Positions 60,422-64,000 of a stretch of 64,000 nt of DNA are shown here, in pieces; the stretch's first letter is position 1, and the number at the start of each line of letters is the position of its first letter. The notes below the pieces were generated by a model that ran no database searches, was not told the origin of the DNA, and saw only the letters and a list, made by a program, of their open reading frames with translations. The DNA is from Escherichia phage Ec_Makalu_002, in sequence record MN709127.1, one strand, 5' to 3'. The translations under genes and the position numbers were made by a program.

Positions 60422-60898
60422 TTATTTTTCTTGATGCTCGCGCTCGTACTTTTCGAAATAAAATTCTACTGGCTGATCGTGGATTGAAAGCAAGCCAAAG
60501 CGTTTAGCCGCACGTAATCCCATGTTACGTTGAATGTACTTCTGGAAGTTCTCGCGTATACACTTACGCCAGTATTCTAAGCCCATACAGCTTTTGTAAA
60601 GATTGCATTGCACACAAGCCGGATTCATGTTGTCAAGTATATCGTGCTCCGGTTTATGCATTCCTACAACCTTATACTTCCACGACCCATCATCATTACG
60701 GGCAATTCGTCCATTTTCATCATAGACTACTTTTGAGCGTCGCAATACTGGTTTGATGTGGTCTGCGTGCCAGCGATCCCCTAGTTCCTCGCCACAATAG
60801 GCACAACGTCCACCGTATTTCATTTTCAGGATCTGGCGTTGCTCTTTCTTTGACAATTTTTTAGGTTTAGGGGCTTTCGCCCCTTCATTATCACACAT
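60422..60898 (-). CDS. HNH endonuclease
   Basis: CAYCG ... WHADHIKP ... N ... CVQCN (HNH zinc-finger nuclease signature); start overlaps 3' end of ligase gene. Confidence 0.7.
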   Translation of the reverse strand: MCDNEGAKAPKPKKLSKKEQRQILKMKYGGRCAYCGEELGDRWHADHIKPVLRRSKVVYDENGRIARNDDGSWKYKVVGMHKPEHDILDNMNPACVQCNLYKSCMGLEYWRKCIRENFQKYIQRNMGLRAAKRFGLLSIHDQPVEFYFEKYEREHQEK

Positions 60899-62393
60899 CG
60901 AATACCTCTTTTACTGTATTTGCAGTGGTCTTGTCGTAGCGAATACGTTTGATGATTGGGAGAAATAAAGAGAACTCCGGTTCATCTTCTTTACGTGATT
61001 TGCTGCGGATATATCCGTTGCATGTCATCTCAATGACTTTTCCAATCAGGTTATGACGGTCAGCCCATAACATTTCTCGGTCAAGTTCATTTCGACGATC
61101 GAACGGAATTACACGTTCAATACCATCATCACCTTTTTCGGTTGTGGTGTCTGTCAATCCCGATCCGGTGTTAGTCATCATTCGTCCGCACGCACTACGG
61201 ACAGTAAAACCGCCTACCTTGTTAGGTTCTTTACTGTGCGGATATACATCAACAATTTCCGCGTCGAAGTCAATCACTTCTTTAAATTTAACCTGGTCTT
61301 TACTGCGACGATCTTCAAATACACCATGTAAATTTTTAAGGATAATACCTTCTAATCCCATGTTGACATAACGATGATATACTTCGCGAGCTTCATCGAT
61401 ATTGTTAACTACAGTATTTTCGATTATCTGAACACGAGGATCGTTAAGTTCTTCAACAATCTGTTTTAGTTCTTCGAATCGATCTTTATATTGCTTCGTT
61501 GCTTTCTCGTTTCCGTAATACACATCACGGTCGATAACATCCCAGACAGTGTAAACAATACATTGGGCTTCTTCTTTTGGAATAGTTCCTTTCAGTGATT
61601 TGTTGAGGATACCATTTCCGGTCTGACGGTCTGCAACAACGGATTCTTTCACTGCTTCCGCTACTGGCGTTAATGGCATTTCCTCTTCTTCAAATATCCA
61701 TGATAGAGTACCATCATAAACGCTCTCAACGAAGTTCTGCGCTGGTGTTTGAGAAAGGGTAGGCATATATACCAACTCACCATCTAAAACAATTCCACGG
61801 CCTCGTAGACGCTCTAAAACAGCAAACAAATCATCCAGCCCCTGATAGGTATTACCTGAACGGGTATAGATTGCTAATGTTTCTCCGTCAATATCAGCCA
61901 TACCACGAGCGCCATCGCTTTTAAGTTGTGCATACGCCGGATATTTGATATTGGCAATAGTCTTATCAGAACATGACGATGCAAGGTGGCACGGCTGCTG
62001 AGGAATCAGCTTCTTCCATACCTTGTTTGCGGTGGTAGCGGAACAACCGCATTCCAGATCACGATTCAGGACCATCATTGCAACTTTAGCATCATCTTCT
62101 GACAAGCAAGTCAGAGTATCGGTAACTAGCTGTAATGCAGCATTACCAGTTACTTGACGCGTGGCAAGTTTATTTTTAAAGACCTGTAATGCACCGGATA
62201 AAGACAATACAGACGAATAGCGAGACGGTTTATCGTATTTCTTTACGCCAAACGTAACCTGCTTGCAATATGCCAGATAAAAGCATTCTTTCAGCGTTTC
62301 ATTGCTTGCAGATTCTTTCAGGATCTTTTCTTTCAGCGATGTTTTGTCAGTAGCTGCAAGCTGATTAATGATATTAAGAATTGACATTTTCAC
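60891..62393 (-). CDS. 30: ATP-dependent DNA ligase gp30
   Basis: 500 aa; adenylation motif I YAQLKSDGAR (KxDG); size close to T4 gp30. Confidence 0.85.
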   Translation of the reverse strand: MKMSILNIINQLAATDKTSLKEKILKESASNETLKECFYLAYCKQVTFGVKKYDKPSRYSSVLSLSGALQVFKNKLATRQVTGNAALQLVTDTLTCLSEDDAKVAMMVLNRDLECGCSATTANKVWKKLIPQQPCHLASSCSDKTIANIKYPAYAQLKSDGARGMADIDGETLAIYTRSGNTYQGLDDLFAVLERLRGRGIVLDGELVYMPTLSQTPAQNFVESVYDGTLSWIFEEEEMPLTPVAEAVKESVVADRQTGNGILNKSLKGTIPKEEAQCIVYTVWDVIDRDVYYGNEKATKQYKDRFEELKQIVEELNDPRVQIIENTVVNNIDEAREVYHRYVNMGLEGIILKNLHGVFEDRRSKDQVKFKEVIDFDAEIVDVYPHSKEPNKVGGFTVRSACGRMMTNTGSGLTDTTTEKGDDGIERVIPFDRRNELDREMLWADRHNLIGKVIEMTCNGYIRSKSRKEDEPEFSLFLPIIKRIRYDKTTANTVKEVFDV

Positions 62394-62853
62394 CTCGTTT
62401 TGTTAAACGTTCACGAATATCGTTTAGGATACTACAAAATTCCGATTCGGTCAATATGGTCTTTAACGGATCAGTTCCACCTATGCTATGACGCAATTTC
62501 TTATTTCCGGTAGCGAGCAATGCTTTACAAAAATCTGGGTTATTTCGTGCCATCGTAACAAATGCCAGATGTACCAGTCTGTAATAATGCTCACTCATTC
62601 GATGAATCGGGCGACCCTGAAAATATAGCATGTGATTCTCTATCTTTTCAGTCCTTCCGGTTCTTTTTGCTTTGCAGCCGTGCATCAAAAAGATTTCTCT
62701 TTGTCTCTGAGGGTTCTTAAATCTTAGCCCCTGTAAAAATCCTTCTGTGCTGTTAATATCGCAACCAAATAGACGGAATGGCCTTTTATTGAAATTACTC
62801 AACTCGCCAGATGGATAAGGTCCACCCGCATAGATATCAATTTCAGAAGTCAT
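62374..62853 (-). CDS. NADAR (YbiA-like, DUF1768) domain protein
   Basis: GELSNF...STEGFLQGLRF and ALLATGNKKLRH parallel E. coli YbiA FSNF...TSEHYFQAQKF and ALLLAT..KLVEH as recalled. Confidence 0.6.
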   Translation of the reverse strand: MTSEIDIYAGGPYPSGELSNFNKRPFRLFGCDINSTEGFLQGLRFKNPQRQREIFLMHGCKAKRTGRTEKIENHMLYFQGRPIHRMSEHYYRLVHLAFVTMARNNPDFCKALLATGNKKLRHSIGGTDPLKTILTESEFCSILNDIRERLTKRGENVNS

Positions 62854-63007
62854 TGAAACTAATCTCGCTAATCAGAGAGAACGGATCATAATCGTCATGA
62901 GGAATATCGATAGTAATCGAGTGAGGATTTACCCATACACCAAACTGGTCTTCTTCGGTGAATACTTCGGTATGGATTTCGTGGATGTTTACATTCATAG
63001 TTTTCAT
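62843..63007 (-). CDS. Small hypothetical protein (54 aa)
   Basis: ATG-initiated ORF overlapping the NADAR gene start; weak ribosome site. Confidence 0.3.
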   Translation of the reverse strand: MKTMNVNIHEIHTEVFTEEDQFGVWVNPHSITIDIPHDDYDPFSLISEISFNDF

Positions 63008-63051
63008 AATAAAAATTCCTTAATAATCAATAACTTACAAAATCATATAGC

Positions 63052-63079
63052 CAAAATATAGGCGGGATTATTTCCCGCC
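63052..63079 (-). terminator. Minus-strand terminator after gene 31
   Basis: GGCGGGAAATAATCCCGCC followed by T-rich tract on minus strand. Confidence 0.5.
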
Positions 63080-63090
63080 GTTTAAACTCA

Positions 63091-63414
63091 TTAACCGTAA
63101 ACTACCACAATATTCTGTTTGTGTGTTACAGTCCATTTCAGGTCGATCTCTTCTTCCTTCTTAACGCCGTTAATAACGTCTGGATGAGGAACTTTATTCA
63201 TCTTGCCGTGTGGCAGTAGAACAGTTTTACCCAGCAATTCTTTATCTACAGTTTCACCAATATCAATAATCTTACCTACCAGCGGAATCTCGCCCATAGT
63301 GCGCTTTTGCTCAATAATGATCCCCATAGAGCTTTTTACTTCGGTTCCTGCGCTTTCTGCTTTAGCTTCGATAATTACATAATCACCAAGTGCTTTAGGA
63401 GTTTTAACGGTCAT
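63091..63414 (-). CDS. 31: Head assembly co-chaperonin gp31 (GroES-like)
   Basis: 107 aa; resembles T4 gp31 as recalled (GDYVI...; VPHP); GAGG site. Confidence 0.8.
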   Translation of the reverse strand: MTVKTPKALGDYVIIEAKAESAGTEVKSSMGIIIEQKRTMGEIPLVGKIIDIGETVDKELLGKTVLLPHGKMNKVPHPDVINGVKKEEEIDLKWTVTHKQNIVVVYG

Positions 63415-63454
63415 AATTTCTTACCTCTTCAAATCAATACAGTTTAATGATGAA

Positions 63455-63775
63455 TTATTTATAAATTTCGACGATCTGCGCTGGAGTCAGCCCGTCTACA
63501 TTAATCAGACTATCAAGCCCAAAACTACGGAAACCTTCAACTGCAATTTCATATACTGGCAAAGATGTTTCTGATTCTTTACGCGGTTTTTCTACATTAG
63601 GAACTAACCACTTTTCGTATGTTTCAAAAGGCATCAGTGCCGGATCTCGCGTGGCGATCATCTCGCGGACAGTACCATCTTTCTTAGTAAACTGCAAAGA
63701 GTGAGTACCGACCGAAAACATTTTCTTTAGTGCTTCACGAAGTGCGATAATATCAATTTGTTCAGTCATTATCAA
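63455..63775 (-). CDS. Hypothetical protein (31.1 position)
   Basis: 106 aa between cd and gene 31. Confidence 0.5.
   Translation of the reverse strand: MIMTEQIDIIALREALKKMFSVGTHSLQFTKKDGTVREMIATRDPALMPFETYEKWLVPNVEKPRKESETSLPVYEIAVEGFRSFGLDSLINVDGLTPAQIVEIYK
63456..63463 (-). promoter_or_regulatory. T4-type late promoter (TATAAATA on minus strand) upstream of gene 31
   Basis: Plus-strand TATTTATA about 42 nt upstream of the gene 31 ATG. Confidence 0.5.
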
Positions 63776-64000
63776 TACCCTTCAAATCAGTCAGTAATGC
63801 TTTTGGAATACGCGTAACCGTAATGTCGGCTTTATCCAAAATATCAGCCCAATCACGCCCACCATTTCGATCATATGTGTCGCAATAGTATAGATGTTTA
63901 ATTCCACTGTTTGCAATTGCTTTAGCGCAATCTGGACACGGTGAAGCCGTACACCACATACTAGCTCCTTCAATCGATACACCGCTACGGGCAGCAAACA
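63762..64000 (-). CDS. cd: dCMP deaminase, C-terminal part (5' end outside window)
   Basis: SPCPDCAKAIANSGIK zinc-binding PCxxC motif of cytidine/dCMP deaminases; reading frame continues to window edge. Confidence 0.75.
   Translation of the reverse strand, partial: FAARSGVSIEGASMWCTASPCPDCAKAIANSGIKHLYYCDTYDRNGGRDWADILDKADITVTRIPKALLTDLKGIDND

Noticed and set aside
63762-63959. ORF-track call of a complete 65-aa gene at 63762..63959
   Set aside because: The frame stays open to the window edge and the sequence is the C-terminus of dCMP deaminase; the true start lies beyond position 64000.

Overview
This window reads as a segment of a T4-like (Tevenvirinae-type) myovirus genome. Gene order and the protein sequences I can recall track phage T4 closely, but no database search was run, so all product calls rest on motifs, size and synteny. 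Layout: (i) 1-1.2 kb: the 3' part of a homing-endonuclease-like ORF converging on gene 4 (head completion, minus strand). (ii) 1.2-35.4 kb: plus-strand late structural and packaging module: genes 53, 5, 5.1, 5.4, 6, 7, 8, then an inserted three-gene cassette with a sigma70-type promoter and a methyltransferase, then 9, 10, 11, 12, wac, 13, a GIY-YIG endonuclease gene, 14, 15, terminase 16/17 (17 interrupted by an intein), 18, 19, 20, 67, 68, 21, 22, 23, 24. (iii) 35.4-42.3 kb: minus-strand accessory genes including hoc and an Inh-like gene, plus uvsW/uvsW.1 (plus strand) and uvsY. (iv) 42.3-49.6 kb: baseplate hub genes 25, 26 (minus) and 51, 27, 28, 29, 48, 54 (plus). (v) 49.6-64 kb: minus-strand early region: a lipoprotein, two ADP-ribosyltransferases (alt and a shorter paralogue), a dense array of small early genes behind a repeated promoter/leader module, an HNH endonuclease, DNA ligase (30), a NADAR-domain protein, co-chaperonin (31) and the 3' part of dCMP deaminase (cd). 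No rRNA, tRNA or CRISPR array was recognised. Several ORF-track starts are TTG/GTG codons; where an in-frame ATG with a Shine-Dalgarno sequence lies downstream I used it. Promoter and hairpin coordinates were read by eye and may be off by a base or two. The strongest candidates for something new are the gene 8/9 cassette, the early operon pairing a compact C5-methyltransferase-like protein with a DUF262-like protein, the six-member HxHW paralogue array, and the intein in terminase.
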